Assembly (NCBI GenBank): GCA_037138055.1
Contig: JBAXJB010000006.1
Span: 1-56,134 of the forward strand
From: Alphaproteobacteria bacterium
GTDB lineage: Bacteria > Pseudomonadota > Alphaproteobacteria > Paracaedibacterales > CAITNM01
Length of the DNA: 56,134 nt
Reading direction: 5' to 3'
Positions 38,809 through 50,094 of the stretch are shown one piece after another. Position numbers and translations under genes: made by a program. Position 1 is the first letter of the stretch, and each line of letters starts with the position of its first letter. The notes beneath the pieces were generated by a model. It did not search any database. It was not told the origin of the DNA and saw only the letters and a list, made by a program, of their open reading frames with translations.

Positions 38809-39741
38809 ATGTCTGATTCTGATTTCGTTCCTCCTCATCTTTCTAATCTTACGCGCCTTGACCGGTTTTTGCGTCGTCTATACCCAGGCCTTACCCAGGG
38901 TGCATTGGAAAAATTACTGCGCAGTAAAAAAATTCTGGTCGATGGTAAGCCAGCAAAAAGCAGTACACGTGTTGAGACTGAAGAGCAAATACGCCTTCTG
39001 GTTGATTTAGCTCTTTATGCAACCCATTCGACGGAGCACATAAAAAAAGAGGTGCACGTTAGCGATGAAGACGTAAAATGGATTGAAACCATTATTATTT
39101 GGGAAGACGAAAACCTTATTGCCTTGAACAAACCGCAGGGGTTGGCAGTGCAGGGTGGTACCAATACCAAACGCCATATCGATGCCATTATGAAGGTTTA
39201 TAACCCAGAGGCTCGACTTGTTCACCGCATTGATAAAGATACTAGTGGTGTTTTGGTTATGGCTAAAACTATCCCTATGGCCCAGTATTTGACCCATTTA
39301 TTTGAACACCAAGGCGTGCAAAAAACTTATCGCGCCATCGTTGAGGGCAACGTACGCCCAGCTCAGGGTATGATTGATTTTCCAATCGGAAAAGAAATGG
39401 TTGGAAACAAGGAAAAAATGGTAGTTGACGGCCCTCATGCTAGACCTGCTGAAACCCAATATATGTTGAAAAAGAAACTTGGGGATTTTTCATTGGTTGA
39501 TTGCTGGCCTAAAAGCGGACGCACCCACCAAATACGTGTTCACCTTAGTGAATCAGGCTGGCCAATTGTCGGCGACTATAAGTATGGCGCTACCATAAAA
39601 GGCGAAACCTTGCATTTGCATGCGTATCAACTTGCGTTTGTGCTGCCCGATGGCGGGAAAATGGTAATTACGGCACCCTTAGCAGAACACATGGTAGCTA
39701 CAATGCATTATTTCGGTGCTGATCCAGATAAGATTCAGTAA
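38809..39741 (+). CDS. rluC: RluA-family pseudouridine synthase with S4 domain (RluC-like)
   Basis: RLDRFL, NKPQGLAVQGG, HRIDKDTSG, GRTHQIRVH. Confidence 0.9.
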   Translation: MSDSDFVPPHLSNLTRLDRFLRRLYPGLTQGALEKLLRSKKILVDGKPAKSSTRVETEEQIRLLVDLALYATHSTEHIKKEVHVSDEDVKWIETIIIWEDENLIALNKPQGLAVQGGTNTKRHIDAIMKVYNPEARLVHRIDKDTSGVLVMAKTIPMAQYLTHLFEHQGVQKTYRAIVEGNVRPAQGMIDFPIGKEMVGNKEKMVVDGPHARPAETQYMLKKKLGDFSLVDCWPKSGRTHQIRVHLSESGWPIVGDYKYGATIKGETLHLHAYQLAFVLPDGGKMVITAPLAEHMVATMHYFGADPDKIQ

Positions 39742-39836
39742 TTCTCTCGTCATTAAAACAGCGTAATAATTATGTTTCATTTTCTTCAATTTTTTTATAA
39801 TATAAAAAAGTTTTAGTTGTTTAATAGTTGTTGCGC

Positions 39837-40601
39837 ATGGCTTTATTTAAAAAAATATTTTTCTTGTTAAAACCTATGATGAGGGTAGCCTTACTAATTA
39901 TAACAAATAGTTGTAATGCTTCTTATACCCCGCAAGACGTTAGGTATTACGATTCTTCTCAAACAGCAAGCAGATTACCTCTTTACCAACGTTCGTCTCC
40001 TCAGGTGGTTCTACCTGCATCTTTGTCTTCAACAAACGCTTGCCTACTTGTAGATGTCCGACAGACATTTTCTTCTCAAACACATTCAATAACAACTCAT
40101 GAATTTTTGCTGAGCATTCATAATATACATGATCAACTCAACAAAATCAGGTTCAAAGAAATGAGTTTTGCTGGAAAAGGTGATCTTCTAGCTAGATATA
40201 ATCAACTGATTGATGTAATTGAATTCACTGATTTGAATTATTGGTCGCAAAATGAAATTACACAACTGCGTTGTTATCATCTTAGTCTGCTTCTAGGCGC
40301 AGCTAATTTATGCGGAGCACTTCGTAATAACAAACAACAATTTGAACGCGCACTAAAAGCTTATAAATTTTTGGAAACACTTTCTTGTGATATTAACAAT
40401 GCATACTTAGATGGCAGAACGCTTAGCTTAGCACCTACTACCTGTGCAACAGTTAAAATATTGTGCAGAGCTGCAATATTTTCTGCTGACATAGATAGAA
40501 AAATTTTTTTAAATAATTTGATTGCCGACAACAACGTTTTATCAGCATCTGAAAAATTATATTTTGGTGACTGCTTAGTTAATGACTTTGTGCCACGTTA
40601 G
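39837..40601 (+). CDS. Orphan protein, probably secreted
   Basis: Long ORF with a signal-like N-terminus (VALLIITNSCNA-S); start uncertain. Confidence 0.65.
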   Translation: MALFKKIFFLLKPMMRVALLIITNSCNASYTPQDVRYYDSSQTASRLPLYQRSSPQVVLPASLSSTNACLLVDVRQTFSSQTHSITTHEFLLSIHNIHDQLNKIRFKEMSFAGKGDLLARYNQLIDVIEFTDLNYWSQNEITQLRCYHLSLLLGAANLCGALRNNKQQFERALKAYKFLETLSCDINNAYLDGRTLSLAPTTCATVKILCRAAIFSADIDRKIFLNNLIADNNVLSASEKLYFGDCLVNDFVPR

Positions 40602-40641
40602 TGTGGCAAGAGGATAAAGAAGAAAGTTGGAGAACATAAGA

Positions 40642-41559
40642 ATGAATAAATTTACCATCATTTTGTGCTTATGCTTAATAAGCTTGTCTGGAGCTGCCGT
40701 AGAAAGTGCAGCGCTAGAGACTGTTCCAACAATTAAATCATTAGGTCTACGTATCTCTTCTGTTGAATCTATAGAAGTTAAACTTTTACGCGCTCGAGCA
40801 GCAAATACCCTTTTGGGGATTTATCATCACCTCAATAGAGCAGGAAGGTTTAGAGAGCCAATGCCTGGTGGTGGCTATGAACCTCCTGTAATTCCTGGAG
40901 AACATTGGGAAGTTGTTAAATCTGGCACAAGCTCTGTTCTTATTCCAATAATTGATTGTTCAATTGTGGACGCATTGAATGACATTAGAACAGCGCCGGA
41001 AGGCACCATTCGAACTGAATGTTATACTGCTTCAGTTATTGCTAGAATAGCTTTGGGCGATTGTTTTTTAGCGCCTGATAGAAAAAACTATAGAAATAGT
41101 CGTCAATGTTTCAGAAACTATGCATTTCCAGCTGGTAAATTAGACGCTGCACGCTTAGATGTTTTGCGTGAACTGTTTTTTAAGCGTCCTGAAGCGAGTG
41201 ATGGTAGAGCGATTGAAACAGGGGATTTTGTGTATTTATTCGGTCACCCTAATTATAAAAATATTGGATTTGGTCCGTATGATGGGGAGAATGTTTATAT
41301 GGTTGGGTATGGAGCAGACAACTTAAGAATGTATGTTGGATTTGGCGACTTTTTTAAAAGTGGTCCAAAGACAGAAAAACAGATTCAGTGGAACCTTGCT
41401 GTAATGTATGTTGAAGAATTGTTGAAGATCGTACCTTGCATAGACGAAGTGTTTGCAATTGAGGTGGCGTTTGAAGAAATTAGGGCGATCAAGTCAGTTC
41501 ATAGGCGTTTTGATATAGAAGAAGTAATGATAGCTCAATCAAAAAGAGCTTCGAAGTAA
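40642..41559 (+). CDS. Secreted Tgl-like (protein-glutamine gamma-glutamyltransferase-fold) protein
   Basis: Signal peptide; ordered motifs DALNDI-TECYTA-GDFVYL-GENV-YVGFG-KQI parallel the AIxDI-FECATA-GDCxYF-GENV-YxxHG-KQI order recalled for Bacillus Tgl. Confidence 0.7.
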   Translation: MNKFTIILCLCLISLSGAAVESAALETVPTIKSLGLRISSVESIEVKLLRARAANTLLGIYHHLNRAGRFREPMPGGGYEPPVIPGEHWEVVKSGTSSVLIPIIDCSIVDALNDIRTAPEGTIRTECYTASVIARIALGDCFLAPDRKNYRNSRQCFRNYAFPAGKLDAARLDVLRELFFKRPEASDGRAIETGDFVYLFGHPNYKNIGFGPYDGENVYMVGYGADNLRMYVGFGDFFKSGPKTEKQIQWNLAVMYVEELLKIVPCIDEVFAIEVAFEEIRAIKSVHRRFDIEEVMIAQSKRASK

Positions 41560-41705
41560 GATTGGTATACAAATTCAATAAAAACCCCAGAGTTTATAAA
41601 TACTAGAGAATTAAATTACGAAGTATTAGAAGCAAAAAAATTTGCTATTGCAATTTGTGCGTGTGGTTACTATATCAATTATTGTAAATTTACCGAGGAA
41701 ACCTT

Positions 41706-42293
41706 ATGAAAAATATTTTTAAAGCGGTAGCTATATTTATAGTTACTTACACAACAATTACGGCAGCAGATACGTTAGTTATAGGATGTCGTCCGTGGGA
41801 TGAAAATATACAAACGGTCAATGGTTTATCCCAAGCGCATTTTGTTGATTTTCAAGCAACTGGAGCTCCTGCTGAGGCGCCTAATTTTCATCATCTTGAT
41901 CTTAATGATGCAGAGGATTTTTCAGCTGGAAAATTTAGTGAATTTGCAGTACAGGCTACTAAACAATATAAAATGATAATTATTGATTGGATTACATACC
42001 AGAATATTAGGCGTTCCGAAACTTGGAAAGATTTTTTGAATCTGTTAGGCGAAGGCGGAAGACTGATCGTGCCTGTAACGGCTTTTGATCCCAATAGAGG
42101 CGTCATTACCTCAGCAGAAACAGCACAAGCAATACGTGACAACCTGCTAAGAATAGGATTTCAAGCTAGTGAAACTTCTTCCCATGATGCAATCACAAGT
42201 GACACCGCTCTTGCTTTGCTAACACAAGATCGTGGTGGCATGCTTGCTTGTATGTTAAGCATGGAACCTGCAATTATTATTGCAACAAAATAA
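41706..42293 (+). CDS. Secreted protein with class I methyltransferase-like fold hints
   Basis: GAGG RBS; signal peptide; TLVIGC, HLDLND, YKMIIID, LLGEGGRLIV. Confidence 0.6.
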   Translation: MKNIFKAVAIFIVTYTTITAADTLVIGCRPWDENIQTVNGLSQAHFVDFQATGAPAEAPNFHHLDLNDAEDFSAGKFSEFAVQATKQYKMIIIDWITYQNIRRSETWKDFLNLLGEGGRLIVPVTAFDPNRGVITSAETAQAIRDNLLRIGFQASETSSHDAITSDTALALLTQDRGGMLACMLSMEPAIIIATK

Positions 42294-42296
42294 ACT

Positions 42297-42316
42297 CCAC
42301 GGGGCATGCCCCGTGG
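42297..42316. repeat. GC-rich perfect 20-bp palindrome (terminator or REP/IS200-605-like hairpin)
   Basis: CCACGGGGCATGCCCCGTGG followed by TTTT, between convergent genes. Confidence 0.8.
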
Positions 42317-42382
42317 TTTTACGATTAAAGAAATGGTTAAGACTGTCGAAGATAGGTATAAGCTAGAAATTTCAAGAAATAG

Positions 42383-43471
42383 CTACAAAGCCAACAAGAA
42401 CCTGCCTGGGTTTTCCAGGCATTCTTTTATTGTAACTAAGAATATTACCGCGTCCTTACCGTCGACCAAACGGTGGTCATAGGAAAGCGCCAGGTACATC
42501 ATGGGGCGAATGACAATTTGACCACTTACAACTACCGGGCGCTCTTGAATTTTGTGCATTCCCAAAATTGCAGACTGGGGTGGGTTCAAAATTGGTGTGC
42601 TTAATAATGAACCAAACACACCGCCGTTCGTAATGGTGAACGTTCCACCGGTCATTTCTTCAATAGTTAGTTTGCCAACGCGAGCTTTTTGGCCCATGTC
42701 TGCAATGGTTTTTTCAATGTCAGCGAGGTTTAAATGGTCTGCATTACGAATGACTGGCACCACTAATCCATTAGGGGTGGAAACGGCAACACCGATGTCA
42801 AAATAGGTTTTTGTAATAATGTCTTGCCCATCAATGCAGCTGTTTAGAATGGGTTGTTCTTTCAATGCTTGCACACATGATTTGACAAAAAACGACATAA
42901 ACCCAAGTTTTACACCGTGGGATTTTTCGAATTTATCTTTGTATAAGGTGCGCAATTGCATAACGGCGCTCATATCAACTTCATTGAATGTTGTTAGCAT
43001 GGCGGCGGTGTTTTGAGCGTCTTTCAAGCGTTCTGCAATGCGTTGACGTAGACGGCTCATGGGCACGCGGAGTTCTTCACGGGCGCTGCTAGATGTGGCT
43101 TTTGTTTTTTTTGCAGACCTAATGAATTCTTCCACGTTACTTTGGCCGTGTTGTGCAGCTGGCATTTCAGTAGTGGTTGGCTTTTTTTCTTCTTTTTGCG
43201 CTGGAGCTACTGGGGTGATTTTTTCAATTTTACCCGCGGTGAACTTCGCTAAAATGGCTCCAATTTTAACTGTGCTTCCTGATTTTGCTAACACTTCAGC
43301 AAGTTTACCATCAACTGGCGCGTACACTTCTAGCGTTACTTTGTCAGTTTCAAGTTCTACCAGAGCAGTATCAGCAGCGACGCTTTCTCCTGGTTTCACG
43401 AGCCATTTTCCTACCGTCGCTTCATTCACTGATTCGCCTAACGCAGGAACTTTAATGTCGATAGTGCTCAT
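42383..43471 (-). CDS. sucB: 2-oxoglutarate dehydrogenase E2, dihydrolipoyl succinyltransferase
   Basis: Lipoyl domain [31 protein letters not shown]. Confidence 0.97.
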   Translation of the reverse strand: MSTIDIKVPALGESVNEATVGKWLVKPGESVAADTALVELETDKVTLEVYAPVDGKLAEVLAKSGSTVKIGAILAKFTAGKIEKITPVAPAQKEEKKPTTTEMPAAQHGQSNVEEFIRSAKKTKATSSSAREELRVPMSRLRQRIAERLKDAQNTAAMLTTFNEVDMSAVMQLRTLYKDKFEKSHGVKLGFMSFFVKSCVQALKEQPILNSCIDGQDIITKTYFDIGVAVSTPNGLVVPVIRNADHLNLADIEKTIADMGQKARVGKLTIEEMTGGTFTITNGGVFGSLLSTPILNPPQSAILGMHKIQERPVVVSGQIVIRPMMYLALSYDHRLVDGKDAVIFLVTIKECLENPGRFLLAL

Positions 43472-43474
43472 GAT

Positions 43475-46192
43475 TTATAACTCCTGTAACGTTCCAAATA
43501 GTGCGGATTCTACTACTGCAGCTTGCTCTTTTTCATGGATACCAGCAATACCTGTAGCGGGTGATGCTGCTTCTTTTCGGCCAACGTAATGTGGTCGTGT
43601 GTGTGCATTTTTTGCTTTTTTCAAAACTTCTTCTAGGCGGCGATCAAGGAAGCTCCATGCGCCCATGTTGCGGGGCTCTTCCTGGCACCAAATAAGTGGT
43701 ACATTGCCATATTTTTGTAATTCATCAACCAAAGAAGCTTCAGGGAATGGATAGAACTGTTCAAGCCTTACAATGGCGATGTCGTTTGCTTTTTTTGCTT
43801 GGCGTGCTTCAACTAGGTCGTAGTAAATTTTGCCACTGCATAAGACGATGCGTGTTGGTTTCTTTGCGCTTTCATCAGCAATGACTCGTTTGAAATAAGT
43901 GTCTTCGGCTATATCAGCAAGGACTGATATAGCTAATTTATGACGTAATAATGATTTTGGTGTCATGATAATTAATGGTTTGCGCCAATCACTGTGCAGT
44001 TGACGGCGTATGACATGAAAAAAATTCGCAGGGGTTGTGCAGTTCACAACCTGAAGATTATCTTCAGCGCATAGTTGCAAATAGCGTTCAAGTCTTGCTG
44101 AGGAATGTTCTGGTCCTTGACCTTCCATACCATGAGGAAGCAGCATAACCAGTCCCGATAAGCGCAGCCATTTTTTTTCAGCGGAACTAATGAACTGATC
44201 AATAATAACTTGGGCACCGTTTGCGAAGTCTCCAAACTGGGCTTCCCATACGACTAGCGCTTCTGGGTTTGCTGTGCTGTATCCGTAATCGAACCCAAGC
44301 ACTGATGCTTCTGCCAGTGGGCTATCAAGCACTTCAAAATTAGCCTGCTTAACGCCTAAGTTGTTTAGGGGAATGTAGCGATTTTCACTGGTTTGATCAA
44401 AAATAACTGCATGTCTGTGAGAAAATGTTCCGCGGCAAGAGTCTTGTCCTGAAAGACGCACAGGGCTTCCCTCAGTCAAAAGACTTGCAAAAGCTAGAGA
44501 TTCTCCTGATGCCCAATCTAGTGGGCCATCATTCTGAAAGGCTTGAGCGCGTTGATCTAATTGACGTTTAAGTTTGGGATGGATAGAAAAATCTTCTGGA
44601 ACAGAACAAAGCGCGAGTCCTAATTTTTTAAGGTGCTTGAGTGAAACACCAGTTTCAGCTTTTTTACTTTTGTCTTTAATAATGCTCCAAGCGCCTTCTA
44701 GCCAGTCTAGCTTTTTATCGTTTTGATCTATGCAGGAAGCCGCTTCAAATTCGCTATTTAAAAAACTTTGGGTTTTGCTTTCAATAGTTGTGACTTCAGT
44801 CGTGCTTAAAATATTTTGATCTAGCAAATGCTTGGCATATAAAGCGCGTGTTGTTGGATGCTCTGCAATTGTTTGGTACATAATGGGCTGAGTGAATGAT
44901 GGTTCATCCATTTCATTGTGACCGTAGCGCCGGTAGCAAATCATATCGATTACTGCATCTACGCCAAATGTGCGCACAAATTCTGCAGCTAAGCTACTAA
45001 CCCAGACGACATCTTCAGGTGAATCTGCATTTACATGGAAAATTGGTGCTTGAATGGCTTTTGCAATGTCTGACGAGTAGGGGCTGGAGCGCGAATGTGG
45101 CAGGGAGGTTGTAAACCCAATCTGATTGTTAATAATAAAGTGAAGAGTTCCACCTATTTCATAGCCTTCAAGACCACATAGGCCAAGTGATTCTGCAACT
45201 AACCCTTGTCCTGCAAATGCGGCGTCTCCGTGCAATAAAATGCTCGCAACAGTTTTGCGCTCTGTATCATTTTTTTGATCTTGTTTTGAGCGCACCTTAC
45301 CCAGCACAACTGGATTCACAGCTTCTAGATGAGATGGGTTTGCGCTCAAGGATAAGTGAAGACGTTTTCCAGAAATTGTTCGGTCTGAAGAATACCCTAG
45401 GTGATATTTAACATCACCAGAACCTTTATAATTATCTGGGTTTAAGCTTTGCCCCTGAAACTGCGCCAAAATATAGCGAACTGGCTGATGCATAATGTTT
45501 GCAAGCACACTTAAGCGCCCACGGTGTGCCATGCCAAAGCAAACTTCTTCAACGCCATAAGTTTGATAAACTTCTAATGCTTGCTCGACCGCTGGTATAA
45601 GGCTTTCACCGCCTTCTAGTCCAAAGCGCTTTGCGCCTGGGAATTTTACGTTTAAGAACCTTTCAAAAAATTCTGCTTGGGTTAATTGCGTTAGGATTTT
45701 TTTAGGATCAATTTTGGGTTTAATAGAATTTTCAATACGTTCTTGAATCCAGTTTTTTTGAACAGGATCTTGAATGTGCATAAATTCAACACCAATAGTG
45801 CTGCAGTAGGTTTTGTGGAGTTTGTCTAGAATGGTTCTTAATGTTGCGCGCTCTAAGCCTAGGACTTTATCTAAGTAAATCGGTCGCTCAAAATCACTGG
45901 CTGAAAACCCATAATTTTCAGGGTTAAGTTCCCAGTGAGTGCCGCGTTTTTCAATGCCAAGGGGGTCTAATTTTGCGGCTAAATGACCACGAACACGGTA
46001 GGTTCGAATAAGCATTAGGGTGCGTACAGAATCAATAATGGCGCGTTCATCGGGTGAGGCGGTAGACGAAATTGGGCCTAAATCACGAAAAACTCGCTGC
46101 CATTTTTCATCAATTGCTTCAGGGTTTTTGTTGTATTGCTTGTAGAGCTCGCTTAAATATGCAGCATTATCACCTTGAAGCAGGTCTTCCAT
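43475..46192 (-). CDS. sucA: 2-oxoglutarate dehydrogenase E1
   Basis: YRVRGH, GMAHRGRL, GDVKYHLG, HGDAAFAGQG, WEAQFGDF, HSSARLER. Confidence 0.98.
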   Translation of the reverse strand: MEDLLQGDNAAYLSELYKQYNKNPEAIDEKWQRVFRDLGPISSTASPDERAIIDSVRTLMLIRTYRVRGHLAAKLDPLGIEKRGTHWELNPENYGFSASDFERPIYLDKVLGLERATLRTILDKLHKTYCSTIGVEFMHIQDPVQKNWIQERIENSIKPKIDPKKILTQLTQAEFFERFLNVKFPGAKRFGLEGGESLIPAVEQALEVYQTYGVEEVCFGMAHRGRLSVLANIMHQPVRYILAQFQGQSLNPDNYKGSGDVKYHLGYSSDRTISGKRLHLSLSANPSHLEAVNPVVLGKVRSKQDQKNDTERKTVASILLHGDAAFAGQGLVAESLGLCGLEGYEIGGTLHFIINNQIGFTTSLPHSRSSPYSSDIAKAIQAPIFHVNADSPEDVVWVSSLAAEFVRTFGVDAVIDMICYRRYGHNEMDEPSFTQPIMYQTIAEHPTTRALYAKHLLDQNILSTTEVTTIESKTQSFLNSEFEAASCIDQNDKKLDWLEGAWSIIKDKSKKAETGVSLKHLKKLGLALCSVPEDFSIHPKLKRQLDQRAQAFQNDGPLDWASGESLAFASLLTEGSPVRLSGQDSCRGTFSHRHAVIFDQTSENRYIPLNNLGVKQANFEVLDSPLAEASVLGFDYGYSTANPEALVVWEAQFGDFANGAQVIIDQFISSAEKKWLRLSGLVMLLPHGMEGQGPEHSSARLERYLQLCAEDNLQVVNCTTPANFFHVIRRQLHSDWRKPLIIMTPKSLLRHKLAISVLADIAEDTYFKRVIADESAKKPTRIVLCSGKIYYDLVEARQAKKANDIAIVRLEQFYPFPEASLVDELQKYGNVPLIWCQEEPRNMGAWSFLDRRLEEVLKKAKNAHTRPHYVGRKEAASPATGIAGIHEKEQAAVVESALFGTLQEL

Positions 46193-47079
46193 TAGACTGC
46201 TCCCATGGCTTTCTTCATTGCATCACCCATATGAGCTGGGGTAGGGGCTATTTCAATTCCATGGGCTTGCAGGAAAGTAATTTTATCTTGAGCGCTGTCA
46301 CCCTTACCTGATGCAATTGCACCAGCATGACCCATACGGCGACCCACTGGTGCAGTAACGCCTGCAATAAATGCAGCGACAGGTTTTTTGATGCCTTTTT
46401 TAGCTTGAGACGCTACATATTCTGCAGCTGCTTGTTCGTCTTGCCCGCCAATTTCACCAATCAGCAAAATTCCATGGGTAGTGTCGTCTTTATAAAACAT
46501 TTCCAAAACGTCAATAAAGTTCAGACCTTTAACTGGGTCTCCGCCAATGCCAACGCATGTGCTTTGTCCCAGTCCATTTTGTGTGGTTTGGTAGACGGCT
46601 TCATAGGTTAATGTACCTGACCTTGAAACAATACCAACTGTTCCACTTTTATGAATAAATCCTGGCATAATGCCGATTTTGCAAGCATCAGGGGTAATAA
46701 TACCGGGGCAGTTTGGGCCAATTAAATTGCATTTTTTAGATGCTAATGTTTGTTTTACCAGCACCATGTCGTGCACAGGAATGCCTTCTGTAATGCAAAC
46801 AATCACTTCAATTCCTGCATCAGCGGCTTCTAGAATAGCATCGGCTGCAAATGGGGCAGGGACATATATCATGGTGGCGTTTGCGCCAGTTTTTGAAACC
46901 GCTTGTTCTACTGTGTCAAACACAGGCCTATCAAGGTGAACAGTTCCACCCTTACCTGGTGTTACTCCGCCTACAAACTGTGTTCCATAAGCAATTGCTT
47001 GTTCGCTATGAAACGTTCCTTGTTTACCTGTGAATCCTTGGCAGATAACTTTTGTGTGCTTATTAACTAAAATAGCCAT
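46192..47079 (-). CDS. sucD: Succinyl-CoA synthetase alpha subunit
   Basis: [33 protein letters not shown]. Confidence 0.98.
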   Translation of the reverse strand: MAILVNKHTKVICQGFTGKQGTFHSEQAIAYGTQFVGGVTPGKGGTVHLDRPVFDTVEQAVSKTGANATMIYVPAPFAADAILEAADAGIEVIVCITEGIPVHDMVLVKQTLASKKCNLIGPNCPGIITPDACKIGIMPGFIHKSGTVGIVSRSGTLTYEAVYQTTQNGLGQSTCVGIGGDPVKGLNFIDVLEMFYKDDTTHGILLIGEIGGQDEQAAAEYVASQAKKGIKKPVAAFIAGVTAPVGRRMGHAGAIASGKGDSAQDKITFLQAHGIEIAPTPAHMGDAMKKAMGAV

Positions 47080-47082
47080 TGC

Positions 47083-48243
47083 TTAACCTTTCACAGCTGC
47101 AACTGCTTTTTGTGCAGCTTCGTCTAAGCCATCTGCGGCAATTATATTCAAGCCAGAATCGTTCAGCATTTGTTTGCCCAAGTCTTTGTTTGTACCTTGT
47201 AACCGCACAATAAGTGGCACGTTTGATTTCATTTCAGACGCGGCGGCAATAATGCCTTGGGCTATAATATCGCAGCGCATAATACCGCCAAAAATATTCA
47301 CTAATATGGCTTTAACGCCTTGGTCTTTTAAAATAATTTGAAAGGCTTTGCTGACGCGTTCTTTGTCTGCTCCACCACCGACATCAAGGAAATTTGCTGG
47401 TTCTCCGCCGTAATGTTTAATAATATCCATGGTGGCCATTGCAAGGCCGGCACCATTTACCAGGCAGCCAATTGTGCCATCTAGTTTTACGTAGCTAAGA
47501 TCATGGGCGTTGGCTTCTGTTTCAGATGTATCTTCTTCAAAAGGATCGTTCAGTTCAACAATTGATGCATGGCGATACAGAGCATTATCATCAAAGCTAA
47601 CTTTGGCATCTAACGCTAAAAGAGTACCTTCTTTGGTTAAAACTAACGGATTGATTTCAATAAGGCTGCAGTCACAGCTTTCATAAAATTCATATAGACC
47701 TTGCAACAGGTGCAATACATCTTTTGATTTATCAATCATGCCAAATACTGTGGCTACGCGTCTTGCGTGGTAGCCTTGAATACCCGTTGCAGGAGGAATG
47801 CTTAAATTGACAATTTTGTCTGGGTGGTTTTGGGCTACTTCTTCAATATCCATACCACCTTCGGCAGAGGCGATAATGCAAACTTGGCTAGTATTGCGGT
47901 TAAGTACCAAGCTTAAGTACAATTCTTTGTCTATGTTGGCTGCTGCTTCTACATAGATCTTGCGAACTTTTTGACCCAAAGGTCCCGTTTGATGGGTGAC
48001 TAAAGTTGAGCCAAGCAGTGATGTTGCATAGGTTTTTACTTCATCTAAGTTTTTGCAAACTTTTACACCGCCTGCAAGTCCGCGACCACCAGCATGGATT
48101 TGGGCTTTTACTACCCAGAGCGTGCCACCAAGTTCTTGGGCTGCAGAAATGGCTTCATCTACAGTTTCCGCGACCTCTCCTTGGCCCACGGGCACGTCAA
48201 ATGCGCTTAGTAGTTTCTTGGCTTGATATTCATGAATGTTCAT
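47083..48243 (-). CDS. sucC: Succinyl-CoA synthetase beta subunit
   Basis: [41 protein letters not shown]. Confidence 0.98.
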   Translation of the reverse strand: MNIHEYQAKKLLSAFDVPVGQGEVAETVDEAISAAQELGGTLWVVKAQIHAGGRGLAGGVKVCKNLDEVKTYATSLLGSTLVTHQTGPLGQKVRKIYVEAAANIDKELYLSLVLNRNTSQVCIIASAEGGMDIEEVAQNHPDKIVNLSIPPATGIQGYHARRVATVFGMIDKSKDVLHLLQGLYEFYESCDCSLIEINPLVLTKEGTLLALDAKVSFDDNALYRHASIVELNDPFEEDTSETEANAHDLSYVKLDGTIGCLVNGAGLAMATMDIIKHYGGEPANFLDVGGGADKERVSKAFQIILKDQGVKAILVNIFGGIMRCDIIAQGIIAAASEMKSNVPLIVRLQGTNKDLGKQMLNDSGLNIIAADGLDEAAQKAVAAVKG

Positions 48244-49200
<957 letters not shown>

Positions 49201-49206
49201 TTATCC

Positions 49207-49872
49207 TTACAAAGCTATAGGCTGGTTTTGTTGTTGGTGTGTAATAAAATCAAGCCCAGCCATTAAGCCAGATTCATCAATACTATGTCCTAAGCCCGTG
49301 CAGGTTTTTGTCATGACATTTACGTCTAGCTGGCGCAGTTGTGTTTGTGCTACTTGCATTGCGGAATATGGTACAACAACATCTGCCGTGCCATGAACTA
49401 AAAGCACTGGAGGAGGTGACAAAGGTTTTGCTTTAGCGGGTGGGTAAAAAGCTCCAGAATACCCAACAATTCCACCTAGCTTTGAAATACTGAAAAGCAT
49501 TTCTAGGGCCATCATCGTTCCTTGGGAAAACCCGACTATTACAAGGTCTGATGGCAGCAGTCTATATTCAGCCAGTGACTGTTTAATGAATCTGTTCAAA
49601 TGGGGGCGAGCCTTGTCAAGTCCAGCACGAATATTAAAGGGATTAAAATCAGATAATCCAAACCATTGATAACTATCACCAAAGGGATTAACTTCACTTG
49701 GTTCAATAGCATTAGGGGAAAGAAATGCAGTATCCTTAAGGTTAGGTTGCCACATTCGCCCTATCTCAAGTAGGTCTGCTCCGTTTGATCCGTACCCATG
49801 CAAAAACAACACAAGCTTTCTAGCTGCTCCTTTGGGATGTAATATCGGACAGTTTTCAAACAATTTATTCAA
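49207..49872 (-). CDS. Phospholipase/carboxylesterase (alpha/beta hydrolase)
   Basis: LHGYGSNG, GFSQG, HGTADVVVP, GLGHSI; TTG start. Confidence 0.92.
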   Translation of the reverse strand: MNKLFENCPILHPKGAARKLVLFLHGYGSNGADLLEIGRMWQPNLKDTAFLSPNAIEPSEVNPFGDSYQWFGLSDFNPFNIRAGLDKARPHLNRFIKQSLAEYRLLPSDLVIVGFSQGTMMALEMLFSISKLGGIVGYSGAFYPPAKAKPLSPPPVLLVHGTADVVVPYSAMQVAQTQLRQLDVNVMTKTCTGLGHSIDESGLMAGLDFITHQQQNQPIAL

Positions 49873-49947
49873 GATTTTTTAAGTGCCTACACCTTCATTA
49901 GAACAAAATAGCGTGACGATATCAATGGTTCAATTTCTTGTTCCTAT

Positions 49948-49976
49948 TTGACAATTCTTGAATGCAGGACTATATG
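49948..49976 (+). promoter_or_regulatory. Sigma70-type promoter for the ProP-like gene
   Basis: TTGACA-N17-TATATG. Confidence 0.55.
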
Positions 49977-50094
49977 TGAGGTGCTTAATGATAAAAGTTA
50001 ACGGCTGAGCAGGTTGCATTTTTAATAAGCACTTTGTAGAAGGCGTAACTTTTAATGCTACCTCAAGTAATTTTGCAAACGAGGAGACACTATC

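Noticed and set aside
42325-42340. Additional CtrA boxes at 42325 and 31315
   Set aside because: The spacer is 8 nt rather than 7
49977-50094. Assignment of the leader to TPP, lysine, SAM-II or preQ1 riboswitch classes
   Set aside because: Only fragments match (GGCTGAG, GAGGTGC); the other conserved core elements are missing
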